Shown piece by piece: positions 39,922-54,780 of a stretch of 64,000 nucleotides of DNA. Source of the DNA: Eledone cirrhosa (Eukaryota). Location of the stretch: assembly GCA_964016885.1 (NCBI GenBank), contig OZ024747.1, forward strand, positions 61,628,001 to 61,692,000. The letters run 5' to 3'. Below the pieces are notes generated by a model. That model searched no databases and was not told where the DNA came from. It saw only the letters and a list, made by a program, of their open reading frames with translations. A program made the position numbers and the translations under genes. Position 1 is the stretch's first letter. Each line of letters starts with the position of its first letter.

Positions 39922-40551
39922 TATATAGTAATAACAAATTTGAAGACTAAATCCAAACAGGGCTCGATAAGGAAGATCTCGTTAAGGGTGAAAACAGCGA
40001 TTCTTTGCTTAAACTTTAATCTGTTATTTTAATAAATATAAATATATATTTAGATATATATATATATTTACATATATATGTATGTATATATATATAAATA
40101 TATATATATATATACATGCATATATATATATATGTGTGTGTGTGTGTGCACTCACTCATACACACACAAGGTCAGTTTACTGAATGAGGTAAATTTGTAC
40201 CTGTCATGTTATAAAACAAATATCCTACAGGTTAAACAATAATATATTGTGTTTTCAAAATATTGTAGAATATCTACTACGACCATGGAGTACAGCCAGG
40301 CTTAAGTAAATATTTCATACACTTGTACTATGTTCTTCTTCATCAACCTATTCCTGAAGGGATGGTAAGGCAGAGTCATGAGACTCATCATCCTGGGTCA
40401 CCAAGTGAAACCAATTCAGTATCATCATCATCATCATTATCACTTAACTTCCATTTTCCACGCTAACATGGATATCTTGCTCATGCTCTACTTCTGGGTT
40501 CTTACCGGTTGGTTTTGCCTGTAAAATCTTGTCTAGTGATTCATTTGTTAA

Positions 40552-40749
40552 CCCTTTGACATTTACATTACTCTATATTTATGATTGTATTTTCACAGTA
40601 AACACTTTATTTCACATAATTATCTCACATAATATTGAATCTATGAGAATAATACCTTAATATAAGTATGAGCAGCCAGTTACGGTCGGTTTGAAAAGAA
40701 AGAGGTGAGAGAATTCTGGCCAAATATGGTCGGTCTAAATGCTAAAAGG
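40552..40749. mobile_element. piggyBac-type MITE
   Basis: TTAA|CCCTTTGACATTTA ... TAAATGCTAAAAGG|TTAA. Confidence 0.8.
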
Positions 40750-42139
40750 TTAAAGATTCTAACCACATGTCTGTAATACTGGAGCATGTTCTCTTGATGT
40801 ACAGAAGTCCTAGTTTTACCTGAAATGACTCTTTGATTTCCAAGCTACACATTATAGACTAATATTATTACAAACATTGAAACCCATTTTAGCCACTTGT
40901 ATTCACAATCACTATCTTTTGGCCACAATGTAATTCTCCCAATGTCGGTCACTCTCTGACAGGTTTGTGGTTGAGCCTGAGGCAATGGAGACTTCTGGTG
41001 TCCTTGGCCCTAGGACTGCCTCCCTACTTCCCTTAGTCTGTCATGGCTTACTAGCTCTATACGGACGTTTAAATTGAATAAATAAATAAATAAATTAATT
41101 AATAGAAAGCTTGTAGGAATAAAAATCAGTGAGTTTAGAAGTCATCAAGAAGGCAAATTTTTTTCTTTTTATGTGAAATAGGTGGCATTTATTTCATTCT
41201 ATATTTCAGGTTCGTTGGCCATTAGACATGATAACACAAGAAAATATAAACAATAAATAAGGTTTGGACTTATGGTGTTGAATTTTGACCTCGTGATAAC
41301 AAACAATTTGTAAAATACAAATTTATTGACCAACGGAGACTTCCAGTAGTAACTAAGAACAAAGGGCATAGGCCAAATAAAATTTCTACCACATTATATA
41401 TCTCTCAGGCTTATCAGTAGTAGATCAGTCCAAACTAATTCTTCTATCTATTTGAAATTAGATTAAGCTTCATGTCGATGTTGTTAAGGCTTGTAAAATT
41501 CTATAACTGTAGCCAAATTCACAAGTTGATTCAATCAAAATACACCCATCTCTTATAAATGTGTGACACTGAATCAGTGAATGTACACAGCTTAGTGGCT
41601 AAGGAGTTGATCTCATGATCGTAAGACTGTGGGTTTGATCCCCAGATCATTTCTGTCCTTGAGCAAGACATTTCCTTTCACTTTGCTTCAGTTCAGTTAG
41701 CTGAAAAGAATCAAGTACCAGTAGTATTTGGAGATTAACCCTGGCGATCAGTTACAATTGACTATAAACTCCTCTCCACCAAATCTGAGCCACAGTGCCT
41801 ATATTAGATAATACTGTTATCATCAAAATTATTATTTGAGAATCACAATTGGAAAAATCAATCCTGATATATTTATGTGCACCAAACCTCACATCAAAGT
41901 GAACAAAATGAGTTTAGAACAATGGTGTATGGACTTGTAACTCCTAATGGAACCGTAGGGCGACTGTCATGACATACAGTTTATCTTGGGCATTTTAAAC
42001 CGAGTGGAGCCCATCCATTTCCATGTCTGAACACAACTGATTTCTTATAGAGAAGGAGAGAAAGTGATGGAAGGGTAGAGAGAGAATTGATCCAGTATTG
42101 AACTGACACTGGTTTTTAGCCTCAAAAGGATGAAAGTGA

Positions 42140-42377
42140 TGAATGTTGATCCAGGAGGGGCAGTAGAAGCCCAGAACTTGGATGGAGCATGTCCGTTGGG
42201 ATCAAGCTAGACTTGGCCTGGTCCAGGTGAGACCGGCAGACAGAAACACATGGAGTAGGGTGCTAAGGAGTGCTGTCAGGCAGGATCCACCCCTATTTAG
42301 GGATCAGTTGTGTCCTACATAATCAAAAAGGTGGATGATGATGATGATGATGGTGATGGTGATGATGATGATGATGA
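42140..42377 (+). mobile_element. 3' end of a divergent RTE-like LINE
   Basis: Reads RTWMEHVRWDQARLGL..DRNTWSRVLRSAVR..* then (GAT)n. Confidence 0.7.
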
Positions 42378-42799
42378 TTCTATCTGACATTCCAACAACT
42401 CTATCAATTCGTCACCTGAAATGGGTTTTAAGGGTCTGGGTTATGCTAAAGTCCATGTGAGGCTGAAGTAGGGAAAGAGAAGGGGTTAGATGCTAAGCCC
42501 CTTCCCCTCTCACTCCTTGAAACTAAAATGTAAAGGAATGTTGGCCCCATCTACTTGCCTTTGCCCTATTTCCATTACTGGTCTAGAAATCATTAGTCAT
42601 TAGTTCAATAGACCAAACTAAGTTTAATTTGAAAACCTAATCAAATTTTAAAATCATCAGACTGCTGCATAATATTAGCAATGGAACAACTGGAAAATAT
42701 AATTGAATTATTAATACAAACCTTTCCCACCCACACATAAATTTAGCAATAAAATAGATAAAATACAACATATCGATAAACATGCAAATAACTAAACAC

Positions 42800-44122
42800 A
42801 TACATTTAAACGCACATACATATACACACACATATATACACACTCACATATATACACACACACATATATACACATACACACATATATATATATACATACA
42901 CACACATGCACACACATATATACATACACACACACATATACACACACATATATACACATACACATATATATATATACACATACACACACATGCACACACA
43001 CATATACATACACACACACATATACATACACACATATATACACATACACATATATATATATATACATACACACACATGCACACACATATATACATACACA
43101 CACACATATACACACACATATACACATACACATATATATATACATACACACACATGCGCACACATATATACATACACACACATACATACATACACACATA
43201 TATACACATACACACATATATACACAAACATACACATGCACACATACTCACACATACACACATATATACACATACACATATATACATACACACACACATA
43301 CATATACATACACACATATATACACATACACATATATATATACACAAACATACACATGCACACATATATACACATACACATATACATACACACATGCACA
43401 CATACTCACACATACACACATATATACACATACACACACACACGCACACACACACAGACACACAGACACACACACATGTTGGATATGAGGACTGATGTAC
43501 GAGAGTTGATAGCAACATCCACTTCAACCAGAGATGGTACAGAATCTTCTTTTCAACAACAACAACAATAACAATAATAATTAAAAATTTGTCTGAAAAA
43601 TTTTAACCAAATTATTAAGAATTTTATTTTATTTTTTAGTTGAGTTGAGTTGAGTTAAATAGAAAGTTTCAGAAATCCAGTTAAAAAAGAAGAACGAAAG
43701 AAAGAACATCCTGAAGACTTTAAGTAGAAACTAAAAGCGAAATACTAAATGAAGGGGTGGGGGAGAAAGAATTTCTCTCTCTTAGTTAAGAATAAAAATT
43801 ATTTCCAAATGTCCTCTTGAAATATGGAGAACTGTAAAATTGTCTCATTCTATCAGAACTCTGTGATTCGTTAAGGATGGAGAAGATAAAAAAAAAAATG
43901 GAAGCAATGGAAGAATTTAACAAGAAATACTAAAATTTGTAGAAATGTAAAGAAAAAAACAGACAAAAAAAACAAACAAAAGTGGTGAATTAATAAGAAT
44001 GAGTCCAGTATCATGCTAAACTGTAAATTACGCCAATTCTTTTTGTCTTCTTGCTGTAATAATTTCTCGAATCTTCTCTTCAGAGCTCTCAAAGCAAATT
44101 TTAAAATTTCATTGCTAACTAA

Positions 44123-44189
<67 letters not shown>

Positions 44190-44249
44190 CATATATATAT
44201 ATATATAAATATATATATATACATATATATATGTACGTATATACATATA

Positions 44250-44297
<48 letters not shown>

Positions 44298-45206
44298 CAA
44301 GCAGGGAAAAGCGAACGTAAAATGATGATGATGATATATATATATATACATATACATATATATATATATATATATGAGAATGTCACATGCCATGTTGGAA
44401 TACTGGACTTATATATAAGATGACACTTCAATTTGAAGAAAATCTAAAAATCAAAAAACAGTCAAAAACCAAAATCAAAAACTAAAACCCCCCCCAAAAA
44501 AAAGAATATATAGATTGGAGTCAGAAATTTTATGTCCGACTTTCTTTGGAAATAATCATGGTTTATAAAATCATGAGAAAATCCACAATTTAAAAAAAAA
44601 TGTTTATTCTATTTTTCAATTTCTTATTTTACAGATCAACCCTTCAGTAGTAGTAGTGGTGGTGGTGGTGGTGGTGGTAGTGCTGCTGGTAGTGCTGCTG
44701 GTAGTAGTTATAGTAGTAGTAATGGTAGTAGTAGTAGTAGTGGTGGTGGTGGTGGTAGTAGTTATAGTAGTAGTGATGGTAGTAGTAGTAGTGGTGGTGG
44801 TGGTTGTAGTAGTGGTAGTAGTGGTGGTGGTGGTTTGGGTGGTAGTAGTGCTGGTGGTAGTAGCTATAGTAGTAGTAGTAGTGGTGGTGGTGGTGGTGGT
44901 TTGGGTGATGGTGGTGGTGGTGGTGTTCATTTTCGAGTGACTTTAAAAAAAATATTTGTTCGCGATATGTCCACATATATTGGTGTATCTAGAAATATCC
45001 ATATACATACATATATATATACACACACACACACACACATACACATATATATATATACATACACGTGTGTGTGAATGTGTGTGTTTATGTATATAAGTGA
45101 ATAATTTGCATATCTAATTATGCACATACAACTCGTCAAACAAACACACAAATGTATTTGTATATGTGTGGGTATATATGTCTGTGTGGACATGTCTGTG
45201 CATCTG

Positions 45207-45277
<71 letters not shown>

Positions 45278-46793
45278 ATGTGTGTGTGTGTTTATGCACA
45301 CATATAACTCAATATTTTTCTAAAATGGCATTGGAACCATTATCTCAGCTGAACAGAGACCTGAAGCAAAATGAATTAAGATGTTCCTCAGTTGTGTTAA
45401 TTGAGGGGGGGGGGGGGAATAAGAAGGAGGAGGAGGAGGCAAAGAGGAGGAAGAAGAAGAAGAAGAAGAAGAAGGCAAAAGAAGAAGGAGAATGAGGAGG
45501 CAAAGAAGAAGAAGAATGCAAAGAAGAAAAAGAAGGCAAAGAGGAAGAAGAAGGCAAAGAAGAAGGAGGAGGAGGAGGAGGCAACGTAGAAGCAGAAGAA
45601 GAAGAAGAAGGCAAAGAGGAAGAAGAAGGAGGAGGAGGAGGAGGCAAAGTAGAAGGTGAAGAAGAAGAAGAAGAAGAAAGAGCAAGAACCTATTAGTGTG
45701 GTGTTATTTTCTACAGAATGGTAAATATTTTGTAAATTATTGGCAACTGGGAACCTTAACATTGAACACCTGTATTTTAATATATTCAGATGTTGGGAGG
45801 GGGGTGACAGTTATGGCGGTGGTAGTGTAGGTGGTGGTGGTGGTGGTGGTGGAAGTTGTGTAGTGAAGGTGGTAGGGGTGGTAGTGTAGATAGGGGTGGT
45901 GGTGGTGATGGAAGTTTTGGTAGTGAAGTTGGTAGGGGTGGTAGTGTAGTTGGCGGTGGTGGTAGTGAGGGTGGTGGTAGTGTAGGTGTAAGTGGTGGTG
46001 ATAGTGAAGGTGGCGGTGGTCGTGAAGGTGTTAGGGGTGGTAGTGTAGGTGGTGGTTGTGAAGGTGGCGGTGGTGGTAGTGAAGGTGGTGGTAGTGAAGG
46101 TGGTTGTGGTGGTGGTGGCAGTGGTGGTACAGAAGGTGGTTGTGGTGGTGGTGGTGGTGGTGGCAGTAGTGGTGGTTGTGGTAGTGAAGGTTGTGGTGGT
46201 GGGGGTGGTAGTGGTGGTTGTGGTGGTGGTAGTGAAGGTAGTTGTGGTGGTAGTGAAGGTGGTGGTGATGATGCTATGGTAGTGGTGATGATGGAGATGG
46301 CAGTAATGGTAGTAGCAGTGAAGAAGAAGGTGGTGGTGGTGGTGGTATGATAATGGTAGTAGCAGATGGTGTAGAGATTGTAGTAGTGATTCTTGGGATG
46401 ATGGTTGTGAGGATGGTGTTTGTGGTGTTGCAGGTGGGGTTTATTCTTGAGGATGATGACAGAAGTAGGTGTGAGTGTATTAAAGATATTATGCACATAC
46501 ATATGCAGCATGTCACACCAGGTTACCAGCTAACATCTGACAGCTATACATGTGCAGATATCAATGTGCATACATGTATGTATATCTGTCTATGTCCAAA
46601 GGACAGGGAATGTGGCAGTATGTTCATTCAATTATGCATATAAATTGTCATTTATTTATATATATATATACCCTTGTAAAATTGCATGTAGGTTTGCATA
46701 TGTATGTTTATTAATTGCATATGTATGTTTATATATATATATAATATAAGATCTGCGTGTGTGTGTGTGTGTGTGTGTATGTGTGTGTATATG

Positions 46794-46825
<32 letters not shown>

Positions 46826-47060
46826 ATGTATGTATATATATGTGTGTATGTGCATATATATATATATGTGTGTGTATATATATATATGTATATGTATGTA
46901 TATATATATATATATATGTATGTATATGTATGTATATATAAATGTATATATATATGTATGTATATATAAATGTATATATATATGTATGTATATATAAATG
47001 TATATATATATGTATGTATGCACATGTATGTATGCACATGCAAATGTATATATATATGTA
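42800..47060. repeat. Series of simple-repeat tracts: CA/TA 42800-43475, TA 44125-44380, GTA/GGT 44645-44925, TG 45215-45290, GAA/GGA 45420-45680, GGT 45815-46430, TA 46700-47060
   Basis: Directly visible; separated by short unique AT-rich segments. Confidence 0.9.
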
Positions 47061-47405
47061 TGGAGGCACATGGCTTAGTGGTTAGAGCATTGGCCTTGCA
47101 ATCCAAAGATTTTGAGTTCAATTCTCAGACCGGGTGATGTGTTGTTTCCTTGAGCAAGACACTTTATTTCACATTGCTCCAGTTTACTCAGCTGTAAAAA
47201 TGAGATGATAGGGACTGGGATCCCTATCATTCCACTGCAAAGTGGTCGTGGAGGTGCCACGGCAAAAAAACCACCCAGCACTCACTGTAAATGAGGTTGG
47301 TGTTAGGAAGGGCATCCAGCTGTAGAAATCAAGCCAGAAACTGTTCCCGTCCCACCCTTGCAAGCAGGGAAAAAGCGAACGTAAAATGAAATGATGATGA
47401 TGATG
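47061..47405 (+). mobile_element. Full-length family-A SINE
   Basis: Near-identical to 23675-24015 and 61129-61468. Confidence 0.92.
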
Positions 47406-47453
47406 TGTATATATATATATATGTATATATATATATGTATGTATATATATATG

Positions 47454-47490
<37 letters not shown>

Positions 47491-48775
47491 ATATGTATAT
47501 ATATGTATATGTGTGTGTATATATATATATATATATATACACATATATATATATATATATACACACATATATATATACATATATATATATACATATATAT
47601 ATATCATTATCATCATCATCGTTTAACATCCATTTTCCAAACTACCATGGGTTATATATATATGAATATATATATATGTGTGTATGTGTGTGTGTGTGTG
47701 TGTGTACACACACACACACACACACACAGATGGCAGCCATGGGGATGGTGGTTGTGTTATATCTACATTTCTGTAAATTCAAAATAATAGAAAATACGTG
47801 TAAACCAAATGTATGTATGTATGTGTGTGTGCATGTGTGTGTGTGCATTCATGCATGTATGTATGTGCATGCATGCATGTGTGTGTGCGTATGTGTCAAA
47901 CTGGAAACAAAAGAATGCACAAGAATGAAGATTTGTATAAACATGCGTGTGTATATATATATACATAAGTTTACATTCAGAAGAAAGTATGTGCATGTGC
48001 ATAAGTGCAGCATTTCAATATATATCTTTATATGGAGATTTGAATGCATTTAATTTTGAATATCTGCCGGAACTTCAATACAAATACATATGTATGTATG
48101 TTTATGTATGTATTGAAAGTCATGTGAGTGTATATGTAGATTTGTCAGTGTGTAAATGTGTGTGATAATACATCAATCTCAACTGTTTACTGAACAATAG
48201 AGGAACTATCTGTGTGCGTTGATAGAAAGAATATCTTTGGTTGATAGGTAAAAAACAGTTTATCCCTTTTGAGAGCAAATTGCCTGAATCCCCGATGATT
48301 TTATGACAAAACTGTTCATTTTAAAATGTTTATTATAATATTAAATCCTTCCATCAAAATTTAACAATTTTAATACCAACCTACATAAAACTGCCTTGGA
48401 TTTATAAATTTAGAATACTGAATTGCTCAATTTAAAATGTCTAATCATATATCAAATCCTTCCATTTTAATTTTATTTTTAAAAATGCTTGTTAAGTAAT
48501 GTTGTAATATCAGCTTATTGCAAACGGAGTTAGTTATTTTACCAAATATTTGATTATCTCACCAAATATTTGATTATTTTCAAAAATAGTTAAAACACAG
48601 TCAGTATCTTTCATTAGAAGTATAGTAAGAAAAGAGTTAGGGGAGATATATCCCCGAAACACAGGAGACAGAGGCACCGAGTGAATGAGAGGGATCATCA
48701 ATATTACTATAGTTATAATATGTCCCAGAAAACTGAATTGCCCTGTTCGTATCTATAGCAGAATAATTTGCTTAA

Positions 48776-48996
48776 CCCTTTAGCATTTATATTACTCTAT
48801 ATATACTTTTGTATTTTCACAATAAAAGCTTTACCTCACATATTTATCTCACATAATATCGAATCTATGAGATTTTGATATAATTTCTTTTGAGAACAAT
48901 TCCTTAACTTCAGTATGTGCAACCAGTTACAGCCGGTTTGAACAGAAAGAAGTGAGAGAATTCTGGCCGGATATGGCTAGTTTAAATGCTAAAGGG
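48776..48996. mobile_element. piggyBac-type MITE
   Basis: TTAA|CCCTTTAGCATTTA ... TAAATGCTAAAGGG|TTTAA. Confidence 0.85.
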
Positions 48997-50234
48997 TTTA
49001 ACATGGTGTGTGTTACTTGTTGCTATCAAATCAACCACCATTCCAAGAATATCTCCTGTTCATTTTCCTAAGGGACTTTGGCTGGTATTAGGTAGAACCT
49101 ACCAGTTATTAGGTCCACACACAGAACAAGCAATAGAACCAGTATGGCAGTATTGGTAGAATGTCAGGCAATATACTTTGTGGTATATAGTTTCGTCTCT
49201 TTACATTCCGAGTTCAAATCCCGCCGAGGTTAGCTTTGCCTTTCATCCTTTTGGGGTTGATAAAATAAAGTCATGCATTGGGGTTAATTTAATTTACTTT
49301 CCCTCCACCAAAATTGCTGTGCCTAGATCAGAAACCATTATTCATACACACACACATTGGAACAGCATGACATATTGAGACAAAATTAACTCACTTGATA
49401 CAAAATATCATTATCGTTTTTATGTCTACTTTTCCTTGCTGGCATGAGTTAGAGGAGACATTTTTAAAGCAATTTTTCTACATTTGGATGCTTTTTCTAA
49501 CACCTTTTTTTCTCTTTAAAGTAAGGTACTTATTGACATTTCAATCTACTGAGCAGCAGAACATAAAAATACATAACCAGTTGTTCAAGTGATATAAATG
49601 TGAAGACACATATGTGCACACAGACTCACACACACATATAGAACAGGTATCCACTTAGTCTCCATTTATCAAATTTCACTCACAAGGCCAAAGCTATAGA
49701 AATAAACCTGCAGTGGTTTTGAACCTAAAACCATGTAGTTATAAAGCAAACTTCTAAACCACATAGACATGCCTGCATCTAATATACAAGAATAAAGCTT
49801 AAATACCCCATGGTTGCTTTTGACATTCATACCTCTTGGTTGAAAGGCAGCAAATTGGCAATCATTGGAACATCGGATAGAAGTTTTGTGGCATTCGTTT
49901 CGGCTTTCTGCTCTTTCAGTTCAAATCTCATCAAGGTAAACTTTGCATTTCATCCATTCATGGTCAATAAAAAAGTACGATAGATGGAATCAACTGAACA
50001 TATACATGCACTTTTGGTGAGTTATAGTGCACCTGAGCATTGTAGACAATAATTTTCATTATTATTATCATTTAGTGAAATCTGTCTGCTGGTATTCCTC
50101 TAGAATATCAATGTTGACAGCATAAACATTCTCAGGTTACATTACACAACTGGTTTATATTTGCCTTTGTGTGGATTTCAATTGTTTTTCCTTCTTCTTT
50201 GTCTTTGCCTCCTCCTCCTCCTCCTCGTTGTTGT

Positions 50235-50405
50235 TGTTGTTCTTCCACTTTTTCCTGAGAGGGACGTGGGAGGCAGAGTCCTCAAACACTACTTCCAGTT
50301 GGTTCTGTTAGAAGGAACCGTCTCTAACTGATCCAGCTGGATCCCCAAGTGAGAGCAGTCAAGTACAAGGATGTTATCCAACCATCTTTCTCAGCGTCAA
50401 CCTGG
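50235..50405 (-). mobile_element. Degenerate 3' end of an RTE-like LINE
   Basis: Minus strand reads ERWLDNI..DCSHLGI..NRTNWK followed by simple repeats. Confidence 0.55.
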
Positions 50406-50425
50406 AAGAATAATTTAACTTTTAA

Positions 50426-50816
50426 CCCTTTACCATTTACATTACTCTATATTTACTATTATATTTTCATGGTAAAGGTTTTACCTCACATAATTATTTC
50501 ACATAATATTGAATCTATGAGATTTTGATATTATTTATCGGTGGATTGGCAGTATCAGTAGAGGGTCGGACGCCATGCTTTGACGCATTGAGTTACAGCC
50601 CTTGCCATTCTGTGTTCAAATCCCACCGAGGTTAACTTTGCCGTTCATCCTTACTGGGTCGATAAAATAATTGCTGGCCTTGTGCCAAAAGTAGAAACAA
50701 TTATTTATCTTATGAACAATACCTTAATATCAGTATGAGTGGCTGGTTACAGCTGGTCTGAACAAAAAGAGGTGAGCAAACTTTGGCTGGATACAGCCAG
50801 TTTAAATGTTAAAAGG
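50426..50816. mobile_element. piggyBac-type MITE with nested family-B SINE (50540-50699)
   Basis: TTAA-flanked TIRs; SINE bounded by direct repeat ATTATTTATC (50530-50539, 50700-50709). Confidence 0.82.
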
Positions 50817-51532
50817 TTAATCCATCTGATCGTTTTTTTGTACAATTTCTAAGCTACTTCTAAACTTCACTCACAAAGCTTTGGTTAAAGACACTTGCCT
50901 TAGCTGCTGTGATTGTAAAGTGAACTTCTTCAGTTTGTCATTACCATTATGCTGATGAAAGATACAGCCTATAATTTTAAAACCATTTTGAAAATAATTA
51001 AGAATTTGGAGTAACTTAATAATATAATTAACTTTCTTATTAAGCTAATGTTTTGGCAGTCAAACATATAAGCAAGTGGCAATCGTGTGACCTTCCTGTC
51101 TAGCCTCAGAGTGTGATACCCTATCTAACCTATGCAAGCATGGTAAAATAGCTGTATGGTGATGATGATGATGGTGATGGTGATGGTGGTGATGATGGTG
51201 ATAATGATGGTGATGATGATGATGATGGTAATGATAGTGATCATGATGATGATGACGACGATGATGATGGTGATGCTAATGATGGTGATGATTATGAGGG
51301 AAATGATTCCTGTTAAAAATGCCATACGAGATGGTATTTTCCCTTGAATTCATTTGGTGTCATTAAAATTTCTCTGCTCACTGCTCAAACTATCACAGCA
51401 CACCATAAATAGAATTGTGAATAGGTTTGCTCAAAGCCAAGCAAACATATCACCAAATTCATTTAAGAAATTTTTCGCTTAATGAATTCTTTCAAGGAAC
51501 CGATTAAACTCACTGAAGAAGCAGAGTGAACA

Positions 51533-51691
51533 TGTGTGTGTGTGTGTGTGTGTGTGTTTGTATGTGTGTGTGTATATGTGTCTGTGTGTGTATGTGTGCT
51601 GAGTATATCTGGATGTATGTGGGAATGTGTGTGCATGTGTTTGTATGTGCATGTGTGTGTGTGTGTGTGTGCATGTGTGTGTATGTGTGCA

Positions 51692-51723
<32 letters not shown>

Positions 51724-52200
51724 GTGTGTGCGGATGTACGTGTGCACGTATGTGCATGTGCTCATGTGTGTGTGGGTGTGTGCATGTGTGTGTGGGGGTG
51801 GGGTGGGTGGGTGCGGATGTACGTATGCACGTATGTGTGTACATGTGCTATGGATGTGTGCATGTGTGTGTATGTGCTTGTGTGTGCATGTGCTTTGTAT
51901 GTGTGCATGTGCTGTGTGTATGAGCATGATTGTGTATATATGTGCATATGTACTCTTGTGTGTGTGTATGTGTGTGTGGCTACACACGTGCTCATATGTA
52001 AGCATGTACTGGTGTATGCATGTGTGAGTGTATGTGTGTACTCGGATTTGTGTGTTCATGTGTGTGTGTGTATGCTTGTGTGTGTGCTTGAGTGTTTGTG
52101 TATGTTTGTGTAAATGCTAGTGTGTGTTGGTTCTCATGTATGTGTGTATATCCTTGTATATTTATGTATGTGTGTGTTCATATATGTTTGTGTATGTGTG
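51533..52200. repeat. Degenerate (TG)n tract
   Basis: Directly visible. Confidence 0.95.
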
Positions 52201-52418
52201 TAGCTATTCTCTTTTGGTCTGTTAAACCTTCTTCTGGGGCATTTATAGAGATTATATTAGCTGTCATTCTTCTTCTCACTAGACTAAACATTATAATTCT
52301 ATCAACCAACCTCACTATACCATTTCTATTATCTATCAACTTTTTGTTAAGTTTCCGGAAATTTCTAGTAGCGGAATTATTGTCTACTGAAAATCCCTGA
52401 TACTTCAATTCTTTCCTC

Positions 52419-52700
52419 AGTTATCAAACTGCTTGTATATATTTTCACTTCATTCCATTGTCCAATACTGAAGTTCTAATTCCTTTTCTGTTTCACTGAC
52501 CCAAGTATATGACTGTTACTGGTTCCCCTGTGATCAAACTGCTTGTAACTAAATAATTTCCTTTCATAGTTTAACACTCAAGTTCTAATACCTTTGCTGC
52601 CTCATTGACCCTAGTATATGACTGTTACTCATTCCCCAGTTATCAAACTGCTTGTAGCTATTTCATTTCCTTTCATTGTCCAACACTCAAGTTCTAATAT
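52419..52700. repeat. ~110-bp tandem repeat, about 2.5 copies
   Basis: ATCAAACTGCTTGTA and AAGTTCTAAT each recur three times. Confidence 0.8.
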
Positions 52701-53865
52701 TTCTGTTCATTCTACGGTTCAAAATAATTTTTTCTAGCTTAGACAGATGACCAATAATTTGGGGGGGAGAGAAAGTCAATTATGTCAACCCTAGTATGTG
52801 ACTGGTACTTCATTTCATCAAGCCAGGAAAGATGAAAGACAAAGTGGACCTCAAAGGTATTTGAACTCAGAATATAAAGGGCCATAACTAAATGCTGCAA
52901 AGCATTTTTTCCAAGGTGCTATTCTACTGATCAACAATGGTAGCAGAGCTATCCAGCATATGGTAGATGTGAGTTCAAGTTCCACAACAGATGCTGTCAT
53001 CTCCTCCCCATTCTTCTGTGACACTAGAGCCCTTGCCCTTCCTTTCCTTTTCTGTTTTCATAACCACAAAAGACACTTGAATGTTCAATGTAACTCACCT
53101 TTGTGTAGTGAGTACCTTTGGAATTAAACATAGATTTCATGTTTAAAATTCAAACCAAACTTATAAAATACCTTTACAATTAAACAAATATTAGTACACC
53201 TGTCTTAGACAAAGGAGTAATGAGAAACTTTTAATGAAGAATAAGACCCCAGTATTACATTGGTACTTTATTGACCTGGTGAATTGGATGAGATATTTTC
53301 ATTTTCTTCAAAAGAAATATATTGTCAATGATACCACCTTTTAAAATATTTTGCTCAGTTCGGATTTGAACCTAAGATCTTGTGATAGTAAGCCCAACAC
53401 CCTAACCCTAAACCACTCATCTTTACATAAGTGAAGTTTGTAAACATTACAAAATGATTCATCTTTACAGATAAAGACAATCATATGACTCTTTATAATC
53501 GTATTAATAACAACTCATCTTACATATTGAATAATCTAAGATAGATTTTATTTAATAACACAAAACAATACTTCGGAAGTGAGTTTTATATATCATCATA
53601 TAATAATATAGCAATAAATACTGTTATATGAAAATTTGATCACCACAAATATTGTTTGAAGTGTAATTATATTAGATAAGAAGACAAATCTAAAATCTAT
53701 CGAAACTAGCGATGGTGGAAGTTGACAAAATAAAATTTAAAAACTAGTAAAAAAAAAACAAATATATTGATGTTGAAAATATTACAGAGGGGGATAAACA
53801 TTTCCCCCAGAATTTAAATATAAATTTCATGAAGAGTGTGGCTTAGAGAACAAATTATTTATTTA

Positions 53866-54076
53866 CTGTATATACTCAAATATAAGCCGAGGAATATGTG
53901 ACCCCACCAAAAAATTGATGATAAGATAGGGTGGGTCGGCTTCTATATACACCACCTAAACAATGTGTTGATTATCTACCTCTGCTTATAATTGGGTTTG
54001 GATTTTTGCCCATTTCTCAGTCATGAAATAAGGGGTTGGTTTATATTTGGATCAGCTTATATTCCAGTATATACAG
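53866..54076. mobile_element. pogo/Tigger-like (Tc1-mariner superfamily) MITE
   Basis: TA|CTGTATATACTCAAATATAAGCCGA ... TCAGCTTATATTCCAGTATATACAG|TA. Confidence 0.8.
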
Positions 54077-54189
54077 TACCTTCAAGCCAGATGTTTAAAT
54101 TTCCACATGCTAGTGATGTGTCTTGACAATAACAAAGAAATTCTTGCATGTAATGTAGAGAAAAACCACAGTGTTATCATAGACATTCA

Positions 54190-54780
54190 AATCTTAGTTC
54201 ACATCAAACCACAGAAACTCAGATAAAACATATCACAATGTCCTCCTAGTTCACACACATCACACAGAGACACACAGATCTCAGTTCATACACACTACAC
54301 AGGCCTCAATTCACCCTAACCCACAGAGACTCAGATAAAACAGACCTCAATACCCTCCCATTTCACTCACACCACACAGATACTCAGATCTCAGTTCACA
54401 CCAACTTCAGATAAAACAGACCACAATATCCTCCCAGCTCATACCACAGATACACAGCTCTCAGTTCACACTAACTCACAAAGACTCAGATAAAACAGAC
54501 CTCAAAATCTTCCCATTTCACATTTACACCACACAGAAACAGAACTCAATGTCTTCCCATTTCATACACACCACACATACTCAGATCTTAGTTCACACTA
54601 ACCTCAGATAAAACAGAATTCAATCTCCTCACTGTTCACACACACTGCAGACACAGAGATCTCAGTTCACACACACACACCACACAGATCTAAGTTCACA
54701 CACACCACACAGATCTCAGGTGAAACATACCTCAATACCCTCCCAGTTCACACACACCACACAGACACTCACATAAAACC
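54190..54780. repeat. Diverged minisatellite (CTCAGATAAAACAGAC / CTCAGTTCACAC modules)
   Basis: Motifs recur many times with variable spacing. Confidence 0.8.

Noticed and set aside
41195-41270. Possible exon after TTTCAG reading VRWPLDMITQENINNK
   Set aside because: Stop after 16 codons; no neighbouring exons identified
43960-44125. Natural-looking minus-strand peptide [29 protein letters not shown]
   Set aside because: Short, with no recognisable family or clear splice sites
45320-45700. K/E-rich ORF starting MALEPLSQL
   Set aside because: Runs into GAA/GGA simple repeat with stops; no homology evident
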